64,000 bases of DNA from Microgenomates group bacterium (lineage in GTDB: Bacteria; Patescibacteriota; Microgenomatia; Daviesbacterales; UBA10151): the NCBI GenBank assembly GCA_041659805.1, contig JBAZXP010000001.1, positions 64,589 through 128,588 of the forward strand, given 5' to 3'. The notes under the pieces are model-generated. The model worked only from the letters and a program-made list of their open reading frames with translations. It made no database searches and had not been told where the DNA came from. Every line of letters starts with the position of its first letter. Position 1 is the stretch's first letter. Position numbers and translations under genes: made by a program. Positions 13,001 through 21,110 of this stretch are shown here, in pieces.

Positions 13001-15891
13001 TTTATAACAGATCTCTTTCTGCCACAGAAGTAACAGCCCTTTATAACTGGACACCACAGGCAAATGAAGCCCCAGGACCAGTGGGAGCCTGGGATTTTGA
13101 GGAAGCTACCGGAACAACACTTATTGATAACTCAACCAATGGTTATAACGGAACATGGTCAGGCACAGCCAGCCACTACACAACAGGAAAATATGGCAAG
13201 GCAGGTAATTTTAATAGCGCCACGGTCGACTATGTCGATATGGGTGATGTTTTAGATGCAAACACAACAAACAAAATTACTCTTGAGGCTTGGATAAAAA
13301 CGCCCTCTCCAACAGATAATTTTCCAATGATTGTTACAAAATCTGGGGCTTCTGATAACGGATACGAATTCCGTTTTAATTCTACAAACGGAAAACTCCA
13401 GGTTATATATGGAGGAACTACACCAACTAATTTAGTTGGTAATACCGTCTTAGCTGCAAATACTTGGTATCATGTTACAACTACCTATGATGGAGTAACT
13501 GCTAAAATTTATCTTAACGGTGTTTTAGATAATTCAGTGGCTATGACTGGAACTATTACTGCCAATACTGAACATTTACTTATCGGAGCTCGATATGAAA
13601 GCGGTACTCCAGCATATTTTTATACAGGTCAAATTGATGCTGTCAGAATTTATGATTATGCCAGGTCCGCTAGCCAGATTGTTTCTGATATGAATGCAGG
13701 GCATCCTGCTGTTGGCTCCCCTATTGGATCTGCTGTGGGATATTGGAAATTTGATGAAGGGGCAGATAATAGATGCTCTGCTGGAGTAAATGATGCTTGT
13801 AATTCAGGTTCAGGAGGCAATGCTTTAGATGGAGCAGAATCTAACATGGCTGTTCCTGCAACAACTGCATCAGGCTGGACTAATTCAGGTAAATTCAATA
13901 AAGCAATGATTTTTGATGGATCAGATGATCAAATCCAAATTACTGAAACAGCTCCCCTTCGATTTACAACCTCTACTCCTTATTCTTTCTCCTCTTGGGT
14001 CAAACTGGATTCTATCCCTGCTGCAAATGGCTATGAAATTATTGGTAATCGTGCTTGTGCGGTCAGGACTGCCATTTTTGTAAATACTGCCGGTAAAATT
14101 GACTTTAATATCGATGCCACATCCGGAGGAAGTACTGACCCTCTTTCTACAACAGTGCTAACAACAGGTGCCTGGTATCATATTGTCGGTACTTATGACG
14201 GGACAACAGCAAAAGTTTATGTTAATGGAAAACAGGAAGGGTCTCAAGCTATACAGGGCTCAGGAAATATTTATGCAGGTAACCCTTATTTTATTGGCGG
14301 CAGTACTTATACTTGTGGAACGTCCCAAAACTGGCATCTTGATGGCACTATTGATGAGGTTAAAATTTATAATTATGCCTTAACTGCTGATGAGGTTAAG
14401 GCAGATTTTAACAGAGGTCAAAGTCTACAGTTAGGTGGTGGTGGGAATAATTCCACTTATCAACCACAAGCTGCTAATCAGGAATATTGTGTACCTGGGG
14501 ATACCACCTCCTGTGCTGCTCCTGTGGGAGAATGGAAAATGGAAGAAGGCACAGGTCAAACTACTGCTGACACATCTAGTAATGGAAATACCGGAACTTT
14601 TGGAGTTAACTCTGGAGTTAGCACTGATGATCCCATCTGGGCCAAAGGTAAAATTGGCAAAGCTACAAGTTTTGACGGAAGCAATGATTATATTAGTGTC
14701 GCTCATAGTTCTAACCTGACGCCAACAGGAGATTATACATTACAAGCCTGGATCAAAACTTCCTCTACAAACAACCATCAACCAGTTATAGCAAAATTCA
14801 ACGCAACTAATCCTTATCCAGGATATATCTTATCAATTGGTGATTATGCCTCAGCTACTGGCAAAGTGTCACTTTGGGTTGGTGATTGGGCTAGCAGCTA
14901 TTTTAATGGTAATACCTCTGTAAATGATGGCAACTGGCACCATATCGTAGGGGTTTTAAATGGTACAGCAGTCAGAATCTATGTTGATGGAAAACTTGAT
15001 AATAGCGGGACCAGAAGCCCTTCAAGGGCTAATACCCAGGGTTTAACTATTGGCACCAGATATGATAATGGTGGTGTCCTTCCCTGGTTTTTTAACGGTT
15101 CAATAGATCAGGTTCGTGTTTATAATTATGCCAGAACAGCTGCTCAGATAGCCTGGGATTATAATAAAGGCAAGCCTATTGGACATTGGAAACTTGATGA
15201 ATGCCAAGGAAATCAGGCATATGATTCCTCAGGAAATTCTAATACTGGAACCATTACCATTGGAGCTTCTGGAGAAAACACTTTAGGCACCTGCTCTATC
15301 TCTTCCACTGCCTGGGGAGACGGGGCAACAGGCAAAAGAAATGCTTCTTTAAAATTTGACGGAACAGATGATATTTTAAGCGTTGCTTCAATGCCACTGG
15401 CCTGGACTTCTACCACCCCCTTTTCTTATGGAGGCTGGATGAAATTTGCCAATACCACCACAGGTTACATACTCTCATCAAGTGTTTCTCCTGGAGCAGG
15501 AAACCTCTTAACAGACATCAACAAAGATGCATATACTTCAGGTAGGGTAACTTTTGAGGTAGGTAAATCAGGAACAGGTTTTACCCATATAGAGTCTTCA
15601 ATCCCTTATGTCACAGGCTCTTGGGAACACTATTTTGTTACCTATAACGGTGCTAATAATATGAAATTATACCGTAACGGAATTCAAGTTTCCTCTGGCA
15701 CGTATACAAACGGCTCCGCAGCTAGTAACGGTAACGGCTTTTATATGATGTATGCCAATAATTCTACAAACTATGTAAATGGCCAACTGGATGATGTTAA
15801 AGTATTTAATTATGCCCTCACAGCTACCCAGGTCAAGGATATCTACAATGGTGGAGCCATTTTCTACGGCCCAACCACAGGCAGCCCTTAA
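10042..15891 (+). CDS. giant (1949 aa) secreted/anchored protein. Domains in order: signal-anchor, DUF2341-like N-terminal domain (WWDDNWAFRK..I.I), Gly-rich region, six tandem LamG_3 (concanavalin A-like lectin) domains.
   Basis: N-terminal hydrophobic segment. The WW..W.(F/Y)RK..I motif is characteristic of DUF2341. Long GGxGG tracts. Six repeats end in the LamG_3 signature (IDEVRLYNRSLSATEV, IDAVRIYDYARSASQI, IDEVKIYNYALTADEV, IDQVRVYNYARTAAQI, LDDVKVFNYALTATQV, IDDVKIYNYAKTAAQI), each preceded by FDG.DD.I.V and W.H(V/I)..TYDG blocks. A TTG start at 10042 or an ATG at 10051 are both possible. Confidence 0.75.
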   Translation: MKIMSKLNKNFRIKKKLFFTILALCIGIIAFWKFSNPAVASWWDDNWAFRKSIAITAHTASENNVYINLTGANDLDTSDTTRFQTDCGDLRFTKENGELLPYYVVSGCGTASTVVHVNFDTFPAGAQTIYVYYGNSSAADGFNLTDFSTEASNYTIGSQGSEEKTPGIIAYWQFDEGQGISVKDSSPNSANATLAAGDGTAPTGTTNPTYNSSTGAPDTGDGADGACTVSSDTNINTASCAGRGTADAINFSSTVDTSAASTSIKLSATSTGLAVGDEILIINLKGTAAVPSDAGEFETKTITSITTTTNPDDTLNFASGLTNAYAGTTQKIMVQRVPNYTTVTVNSGQTMTAAAFDGTKNGVIFFRATGAVTVTGSISMSGKGFTGGAAQTAHVSKGGNGGTTYNGTGGNGGNAAVNGTSGQGGGGGAGALCQASDKNGCYQWATGGTGTTGGAGGGGGGHYSAAGGGGGYGTIGTGGGSYDGNYNGSPGSGTTGGNGASSNSNNIAGGGGGGGTYGTATLSTLFMGSGGASGATYSQAGDSGAGGAGGGIISINGATITITGSVVSNGAAGGNGVNDNASGGGGAGGSVAINGLTIALGSSLVTATGGGGGTVWTTGGAGGDGRIAVGSGGNSPTWKSEEWCISGKCLFFDGTSSNIKVANAINGIQTISMWVKPTSLTTGALIDLDGGTHKITFSNGTLSTSGFTGTTTFYVNGKVSSTLTIDTWQYVTVTTTNGFNSTSSLTIAKSSSTYLQGFIDDVKIYNYAKTAAQIATDLQKVQSNMGSGEVLGNKLIDPLSTGLLGYWKMDELSGTTTVSDSYRSHTGTSTSSTNVTTGKFGNARSFNGSQYISVTHNSSLSPSAITISAWVYTTSQPGVGTSYQFVEKSANDSYRYRVNAGGTIGVFDQGCGISCLSSPGNIPLNQWNHVVYTGDSTGLKMYLNGSLVASNSTAYSGGAANTNNLLIGGSYFGTAEYMIGNIDEVRLYNRSLSATEVTALYNWTPQANEAPGPVGAWDFEEATGTTLIDNSTNGYNGTWSGTASHYTTGKYGKAGNFNSATVDYVDMGDVLDANTTNKITLEAWIKTPSPTDNFPMIVTKSGASDNGYEFRFNSTNGKLQVIYGGTTPTNLVGNTVLAANTWYHVTTTYDGVTAKIYLNGVLDNSVAMTGTITANTEHLLIGARYESGTPAYFYTGQIDAVRIYDYARSASQIVSDMNAGHPAVGSPIGSAVGYWKFDEGADNRCSAGVNDACNSGSGGNALDGAESNMAVPATTASGWTNSGKFNKAMIFDGSDDQIQITETAPLRFTTSTPYSFSSWVKLDSIPAANGYEIIGNRACAVRTAIFVNTAGKIDFNIDATSGGSTDPLSTTVLTTGAWYHIVGTYDGTTAKVYVNGKQEGSQAIQGSGNIYAGNPYFIGGSTYTCGTSQNWHLDGTIDEVKIYNYALTADEVKADFNRGQSLQLGGGGNNSTYQPQAANQEYCVPGDTTSCAAPVGEWKMEEGTGQTTADTSSNGNTGTFGVNSGVSTDDPIWAKGKIGKATSFDGSNDYISVAHSSNLTPTGDYTLQAWIKTSSTNNHQPVIAKFNATNPYPGYILSIGDYASATGKVSLWVGDWASSYFNGNTSVNDGNWHHIVGVLNGTAVRIYVDGKLDNSGTRSPSRANTQGLTIGTRYDNGGVLPWFFNGSIDQVRVYNYARTAAQIAWDYNKGKPIGHWKLDECQGNQAYDSSGNSNTGTITIGASGENTLGTCSISSTAWGDGATGKRNASLKFDGTDDILSVASMPLAWTSTTPFSYGGWMKFANTTTGYILSSSVSPGAGNLLTDINKDAYTSGRVTFEVGKSGTGFTHIESSIPYVTGSWEHYFVTYNGANNMKLYRNGIQVSSGTYTNGSAASNGNGFYMMYANNSTNYVNGQLDDVKVFNYALTATQVKDIYNGGAIFYGPTTGSP

Positions 15892-15892
15892 T

Positions 15893-16558
15893 ATGAATAA
15901 AGACCAGGAAGAAGTTATTAAAGCAGCTATTGCCCAAACCATGAGGGAACTTACTGCTCCTAAAAAACCCTTACAAGGGTCACGGGTTTGGAAAGACCCT
16001 GAAGGTTATCAATACTTGGCTGTCTGGCAAAATGCTGCCCTCTTAAGGGTTCTTATCCGTAAATTTACCCTTAATCTTACCCTTAACCACCCTTTTGAAA
16101 AACGCTTAAAAGCCCAGCTGGATGATGCAGCCAGATCTCAAAAAAGAAACATCGAAGAAGGCTGGAAAAGACCAACCACCTCTGAATATCTAAATTTCTT
16201 AGGCTTTGCCCAGGGCTCTTTGGAAGAAGTTAAGGGTGATGTTAGGGACGCCAAAACAGATGGGTTTTTAAGGGTAAAAGAAGGGTCGTGTTTAAAAGAT
16301 TTAGGGATAGACTTAACTATCTATAAGGGAGCTGCTAAGGGAATGGCCAAGGGTGAGCCCACAGATCCAGGTCACCCTTACTACCAACCCTTATCTACCC
16401 TTAATCCCAAAACCCTTACCTATGAGATGTTTATGGAGCTAATAAATAAAACAGATTATTTACTAAGATCTCTGGTTCAGTCTTTGGAAAAGAAACTAAG
16501 AGAAGATCAAAAAGGCTACAAAATAGAACAGGAAAGAATCAAAGAAAAATTTAAATAA
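15893..16558 (+). CDS. four-helix-bundle protein of the 23S rRNA intervening-sequence protein family
   Basis: NIEEGWKRPTTSEYLNFLGFAQGSLEEVKGDVRDAKTDGFL matches the conserved NIAEG..R.s..e...FL.iA.GSl.E core of IVS proteins. ATG at 15893 lies just after the upstream stop. The ORF-track start at 15779 overlaps the giant gene and is unlikely. Confidence 0.55.
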   Translation: MNKDQEEVIKAAIAQTMRELTAPKKPLQGSRVWKDPEGYQYLAVWQNAALLRVLIRKFTLNLTLNHPFEKRLKAQLDDAARSQKRNIEEGWKRPTTSEYLNFLGFAQGSLEEVKGDVRDAKTDGFLRVKEGSCLKDLGIDLTIYKGAAKGMAKGEPTDPGHPYYQPLSTLNPKTLTYEMFMELINKTDYLLRSLVQSLEKKLREDQKGYKIEQERIKEKFK

Positions 16559-19175
16559 ATTTTATAGAAGATAAAATTGTATCCAGCTTTTGCATGTTTT
16601 TATCCCCCACAGGAGAAACCTTGAGATGAAGAATGCTTTTTTGTTGTGAGAGTACAAATTCTAAGGTCTGTATGCCCTGAGAATCCACCCAAAAGGCTGC
16701 TGTTGCCTCAAACCCTGGTATCTGAGCCAACCCTTTTTTATCCAGCTTTCCTGGAAATTTAAGCAGACTTGTAGCTACCCAATCATCAGGTTTCCCTGCA
16801 AAAGACCCACCATAAAAACTAATAGTAAATTCGCTGTCTGGAACAGAAAGAGTAGCTACTTTACCTTTTTCTGTTATCTTCCAATCTCCAGGGTACTTAA
16901 AAGAAAATCCTTGTTTCTTTTGTTCAAACGTTTTCCAATCAGAAGCTATATTACTGGATAATTCCTGTCCTGTAATTTTTGCTAACTCATTTTGAGCCTC
17001 TTGCTTTATTTGAGGATTAATATCTCCAGCACCTATCACAAATTGTAACTGTTTTTTCGCCTCTTCTACTTGCCCACCAGCTAAATATGCTTTTGCCAAA
17101 TTTAATCTAACCTCAAAGCTTCCTGGCTCTAAATCTACAGCTTCCTTAAAGTATTTTATGCTAGATATCATATCTCCTTTGTTGGCGGCAAATATGGCCA
17201 TACGATTAGCAACTTCCACAGAAAAAGGAGAAATTGCATAAGCTTTTAAGATATATTCTTCTGCTTTTTTCAAAGCAAGAGATTGATCTTCTTTTGTAGG
17301 TGCACTTTGGGCAACACCAAGCAAATAATCCTCCATGGCAATATAGCTCATCCCATATTCTTGTAATAACAAATGATAAGCAGCATTGTAATTTCTTTCC
17401 AAATAGAATGGTTTATGTTCAAAAAATTTTGGATCCTTAAATTTATATGCAAATGAATCATCAGATGGAGTTAACAAATCATCTGCAGTCAGCATTCTGA
17501 ATGAAAGTCCACTAATTACAGGTTTGAGTAATTTAGGATCAAGCTTAAATTTACCTGCATCAGTTCCAGCCAAAACCGTTTCACGAAACACCATTGGGGT
17601 GACATAAACCGGATGTCCGTGATCAATCAGCCATTTGATATACCAGTTCATCACTTCGTTATACTCTTCCAATCTATCCTTTTTGATCATTCCTTCCAAC
17701 TCTTTGGGCATTAAATCAGGTCTATGGGTACGCAAATTATCACGATACCAGGGCAAAATGTACCACATATTGGCAACAACAGGAAAAACATCAGGCCGAT
17801 TTTTTATAACATCATATTCGTAAAAAGAAAGAGAGTTAAAGAAGTCACCGGAGCCTATAAGAACAGCCCCTTTGGGTAAGTTTGAGTATAAATTGTCTGC
17901 ATACTCTGAGGTGGTAATATGGGCACTTCTGTCTAATTTTGGCAACCACCAAAGGAAAGGAACAAGCACCAAAACAAATAGAATAAAGAATATAGATTTA
18001 GGATTTAAGAATTTTTGTTTTAGAGACAATAATATTTTGATTAAAAGACTAAGACCTATACCGATAAAAATAGTGAATATGACATAACTGGCAATAAACC
18101 AGCTTTCCTGATTCCCGGAAAGATATAATCCCCCAAAGATCAGGTTAGTGATTGGAACTGAGATTAGCATCAAAAATAATCTCCAATTTTTTCGCAGTAA
18201 ATAGTAACCCCCAATTAAAATTAAGGGCACTAAGAGAGGTGTAAATTGTAAAAACAGTAAGTAGAAGTACCTACCAACTGATTTGGCGAAAATTTGTGGC
18301 GAACCTGTAAAGCCATTGATGGAATTTGTTCTGGGATCATTGATATCCAATCCTTCCCCTTTTAAATGTCCCCAAAAAAGTTCCGGTGTTTGGGGATCAC
18401 CCCAATTTATAAATGGATGTTGCAAGGCTCTGATGGGCAAATAAGCATATACCAGCGCAGTTAGTCCAAGCACAATTGCTACAACTAAAATAAATCTCTT
18501 AATCCTTACTTTTTTCCAGAGAAAAATTCCTGCAATGAGTAGTGCAGGGATAGATTGAACAATTGTGGGATTTGTGCCTGTAGCCAGTCCTAAAATAACT
18601 GCCCCTAAAATTAAACGTTTGGTAGATATTTTGCCTGATTCAGGAATCAACATCACCAACCCTAAAAGGGATATCATCATTAAATTAGTTAAAATATAGC
18701 TTTCTGTGTTTAGAGTTTGAGACCAAAATTGATAGGAAAAACCTAAAATTAAGGTTGCAGTAAGGCTGATTGCCTGGATTATCGGGGTGGATAATTTGGG
18801 TATATTTTTAAAATAGCCTGTAAATAAATTTTTATCCTCTCTACCCTCTTTCACAAACCAAAAATTATTGCTGATTAATCTAAATAGTAAAAAATAAACC
18901 CAGGTTAAAACTCCCAATGCTGCAAGAACAGACAAAAGCTGCATTCTAAAAAGCACTGAACCAAACGGTATTTTAGTAAATAAGTGCCCAATCATCACAT
19001 AAAAAGGAAATCCCGGTGGATTTGGGATACCTGGCTCAAATGCTGCAGCAATCATAGTACCTGCATCAATATAAAGAATAGAGGGAGCCAGTGTTTTGAT
19101 ATATATAAATCCACAAAACAACCAAATAACTAACAAAAAAGGTAAATGAGGGAAAATAGGGCGAATATTTTTCAC
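16551..19175 (-). CDS. DUF2723 / TMEM260-like GT-C-fold membrane glycosyltransferase with C-terminal TPR repeats and a C-terminal beta domain
   Basis: 874 aa. N-terminus PSILYIDAGTMIAAAFEPGIPNPPGFPFYVMIGHLF matches the DUF2723 signature (..D.GEF..AA..LGI.HPPGYPL). More than 10 predicted TM helices. TPR-like AYHLLLQEYGMSYIAMEDY and KAYLAGGQVEEAKKQL segments. C-terminal domain shared with the next gene. Confidence 0.6.
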   Translation of the reverse strand: MKNIRPIFPHLPFLLVIWLFCGFIYIKTLAPSILYIDAGTMIAAAFEPGIPNPPGFPFYVMIGHLFTKIPFGSVLFRMQLLSVLAALGVLTWVYFLLFRLISNNFWFVKEGREDKNLFTGYFKNIPKLSTPIIQAISLTATLILGFSYQFWSQTLNTESYILTNLMMISLLGLVMLIPESGKISTKRLILGAVILGLATGTNPTIVQSIPALLIAGIFLWKKVRIKRFILVVAIVLGLTALVYAYLPIRALQHPFINWGDPQTPELFWGHLKGEGLDINDPRTNSINGFTGSPQIFAKSVGRYFYLLFLQFTPLLVPLILIGGYYLLRKNWRLFLMLISVPITNLIFGGLYLSGNQESWFIASYVIFTIFIGIGLSLLIKILLSLKQKFLNPKSIFFILFVLVLVPFLWWLPKLDRSAHITTSEYADNLYSNLPKGAVLIGSGDFFNSLSFYEYDVIKNRPDVFPVVANMWYILPWYRDNLRTHRPDLMPKELEGMIKKDRLEEYNEVMNWYIKWLIDHGHPVYVTPMVFRETVLAGTDAGKFKLDPKLLKPVISGLSFRMLTADDLLTPSDDSFAYKFKDPKFFEHKPFYLERNYNAAYHLLLQEYGMSYIAMEDYLLGVAQSAPTKEDQSLALKKAEEYILKAYAISPFSVEVANRMAIFAANKGDMISSIKYFKEAVDLEPGSFEVRLNLAKAYLAGGQVEEAKKQLQFVIGAGDINPQIKQEAQNELAKITGQELSSNIASDWKTFEQKKQGFSFKYPGDWKITEKGKVATLSVPDSEFTISFYGGSFAGKPDDWVATSLLKFPGKLDKKGLAQIPGFEATAAFWVDSQGIQTLEFVLSQQKSILHLKVSPVGDKNMQKLDTILSSIKFI

Positions 19176-19184
19176 TTATTAATC

Positions 19185-21110
19185 TTAGCTAAATTTGAGT
19201 GATGTGACAATAGAATCAAATTGTTTCATTAATTCAGTATTTACAGGATAAACCAGAATTTTTATAATTTTTTCTCCTTTAAACAGATAAAAAAGCATTT
19301 TCTCAACTTCCCCTTCCTTAAAGACCTTTACATATGCATAATCAAAATCTGGAATCTGTGCTAACCCCTGATTCACCAAATTACCATAACTTTCTGTTTG
19401 TGTTTTTAGATAATCTTCTGGAGATTTTTTATTATTTTTATCAAAAAGTAAAACCATTTCAAAGCTTTTATCTTCATTCATAATTCGCAAATCTAAATTC
19501 TTAAATCTCTCCTCAACACTCCAACTAAAGGGATAAGAAAAAGAAAATCCTAATGGAGAAACATAATTTTGTTTAGTTAAATTATCTAAAATTATTTTCC
19601 CTTCCCAAAAATTTGGATCTGCTTTAACTGCTAATTTATAATTTTCTATAGCTTTTTCTTTATCCCCTATTTGTTGATAAGTTCTGGCTTTTGAGGCAAT
19701 TGCCACAGCAAAATGTGGATTAATATCAAAAGCTTTTTGATAAGAGAAAATTGCTTTATCTATTTCTCCATTCGAAACATATGCTTCCCCTAACTGAAAA
19801 TATGCATAAGCATTATTGGGATTTGTTTGAATATCCTTTTGCCATAAAGTTATTGCATCTTTCCAATCCCCCACTCTTAAAAAAGTCACGACAAAAAACC
19901 CACCACAAACCAAAACCAAAATTGCTTTATAAAAAAATTGATTATTAATTTTTCCTAATAAATATGTTGCCACTAAAATCAAACCAAAAGACGGGGCATA
20001 TAAAAATTTCTCATGCATTAAAGACCACTGGGGAATAATATTTGAAACAGGAATTAAAGTAATGAAAAACCAACAACCACCAAAAGTAATAATTGGGTGT
20101 TTCCTAAAACTTTTCCAAATTATAAATCCCAAAAAGATTAAAGTAAAAAAAGCCAGTGAGAATTCCCAGTCAAAAATACTTTGGGAAGTTATTGGTTGCA
20201 GGGAATGTCCTCTATATAAAATAGCCTCTATTCCCCTTGGAATAATGTGATTATGCGTTAAATTTATTGGCAAAATCGTTAAAGTAAGATACTCAAATAA
20301 AACTTTAACTCCTGCCAAAAATGTTGAAAAAATACTGCCGTTTAAATATTCTCCTCTACCTACTCCATTAGTTACAATTTGCCTGATCAAAAAAAATCCT
20401 CCAGCTAAAATAAAATATGGCAAATATTTTTTCCAGGTTTTTTTAATACTATTTTTTGTAAAACACAAATCATAAAGAATAATTAAAAAAGGTAAAGTCA
20501 AAGTCATTTCATAGGTAAAAAAAGCTAATAGAGCAAACAGATAAGAACCAAATAGCGCGAGGGGTGGCGCGAAAGAGGGTTCCCATCGCCGCGCCCGCAG
20601 CGACAGCGAGGACGGACGATGGGATACTGGCGCGACAGGACCCCGAGTAAATAAGTAAAGATAAAATGATATTAAAAAGAAAACTATCCCAGTAGCTTCC
20701 ATACTTACTACTGTATAAGCTATAGTTTCTGTATGAATTGGATGTAATGCAAATAATAATCCCCCTGCAAAAGCCAAAGATTTTTTCTTTAAAATAATTT
20801 CCAGAATAAAATAAATTAAAGCTGTAGAAATTAAATGAATGAGTAATGCATGTAAGTGATATCCAAAGGGATTTGTTCCCCAAATGGAATAATAAAAAGC
20901 ATACAAAATACTTCTTATTGGTCTGTAGACTCCTTCATGCCCTGATGGCACAGCACCCTGAAAAAACTCCACAATATTAGATAAAGAATGTCCTTTTTCC
21001 CAAGCGATAATAAAAGTTTTATCATCTATCACAAATTGATTTTGAAATATATTAATGTAAGCAAAGATAGTAACTACAATAATAATTATTAGTGGTAAAT
21101 ATTTTTTCAT
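19185..21110 (-). CDS. TMTC/DUF1736-like polytopic membrane protein (putative protein O-mannosyltransferase family) with C-terminal TPR repeats. Contains a GC-rich in-frame insertion.
   Basis: 641 aa. N-terminus FQNQFVIDDKTFIIAWE...GVYRPIRSILYAFYYSIWGTNPFGYHLHALLIHL matches the TMTC N-terminal F..DD...I..N...YRP...S...Y..FG..P.GYH..N. block. TPR repeats (AYAYFQLGEAYVSNGEIDKAIFSYQKAFDINP). Paralog of the next gene. Confidence 0.6.
   Translation of the reverse strand: MKKYLPLIIIIVVTIFAYINIFQNQFVIDDKTFIIAWEKGHSLSNIVEFFQGAVPSGHEGVYRPIRSILYAFYYSIWGTNPFGYHLHALLIHLISTALIYFILEIILKKKSLAFAGGLLFALHPIHTETIAYTVVSMEATGIVFFLISFYLYLFTRGPVAPVSHRPSSLSLRARRWEPSFAPPLALFGSYLFALLAFFTYEMTLTLPFLIILYDLCFTKNSIKKTWKKYLPYFILAGGFFLIRQIVTNGVGRGEYLNGSIFSTFLAGVKVLFEYLTLTILPINLTHNHIIPRGIEAILYRGHSLQPITSQSIFDWEFSLAFFTLIFLGFIIWKSFRKHPIITFGGCWFFITLIPVSNIIPQWSLMHEKFLYAPSFGLILVATYLLGKINNQFFYKAILVLVCGGFFVVTFLRVGDWKDAITLWQKDIQTNPNNAYAYFQLGEAYVSNGEIDKAIFSYQKAFDINPHFAVAIASKARTYQQIGDKEKAIENYKLAVKADPNFWEGKIILDNLTKQNYVSPLGFSFSYPFSWSVEERFKNLDLRIMNEDKSFEMVLLFDKNNKKSPEDYLKTQTESYGNLVNQGLAQIPDFDYAYVKVFKEGEVEKMLFYLFKGEKIIKILVYPVNTELMKQFDSIVTSLKFS
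20554..20646. repeat. 93-bp GC-rich in-frame insertion inside the TMTC-like gene, absent from the tandem paralog
   Basis: Sequence gcgcgaggggtggcgcgaaagagggttcccatcgccgcgcccgcagcgacagcgaggacgg... encodes RGPVAPVSHRPSSLSLRARRWEPSFAPPLALFG. The flanking protein sequence aligns directly to the paralog (...AFFTYEMTLTLPFLIILYDLCF). It contains the palindrome CGCG-AGGGGTGG-CGCG. Confidence 0.6.

Noticed and set aside
10508-15416. Shadow ORFs inside the second giant gene (10508..10861, 10668..10982, 11002..11310, 11294..11608, 11655..12137, 13656..13898, 14431..14719, 15213..15416)
   Set aside because: Same reasoning. The poly-Gly coding region generates long Pro-rich antisense frames. No independent support.
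16551-16558. 8-bp overlap between the IVS-protein gene end and the DUF2723 gene end (convergent) as a regulatory antisense arrangement
   Set aside because: A simple convergent terminus overlap of a few bases is common. Nothing else supports a special mechanism.
20554-20646. The GC-rich in-frame insert as an intein
   Set aside because: Only 31 residues. It lacks intein blocks A/B/F/G and a nucleophilic Cys/Ser/Thr at the junctions.
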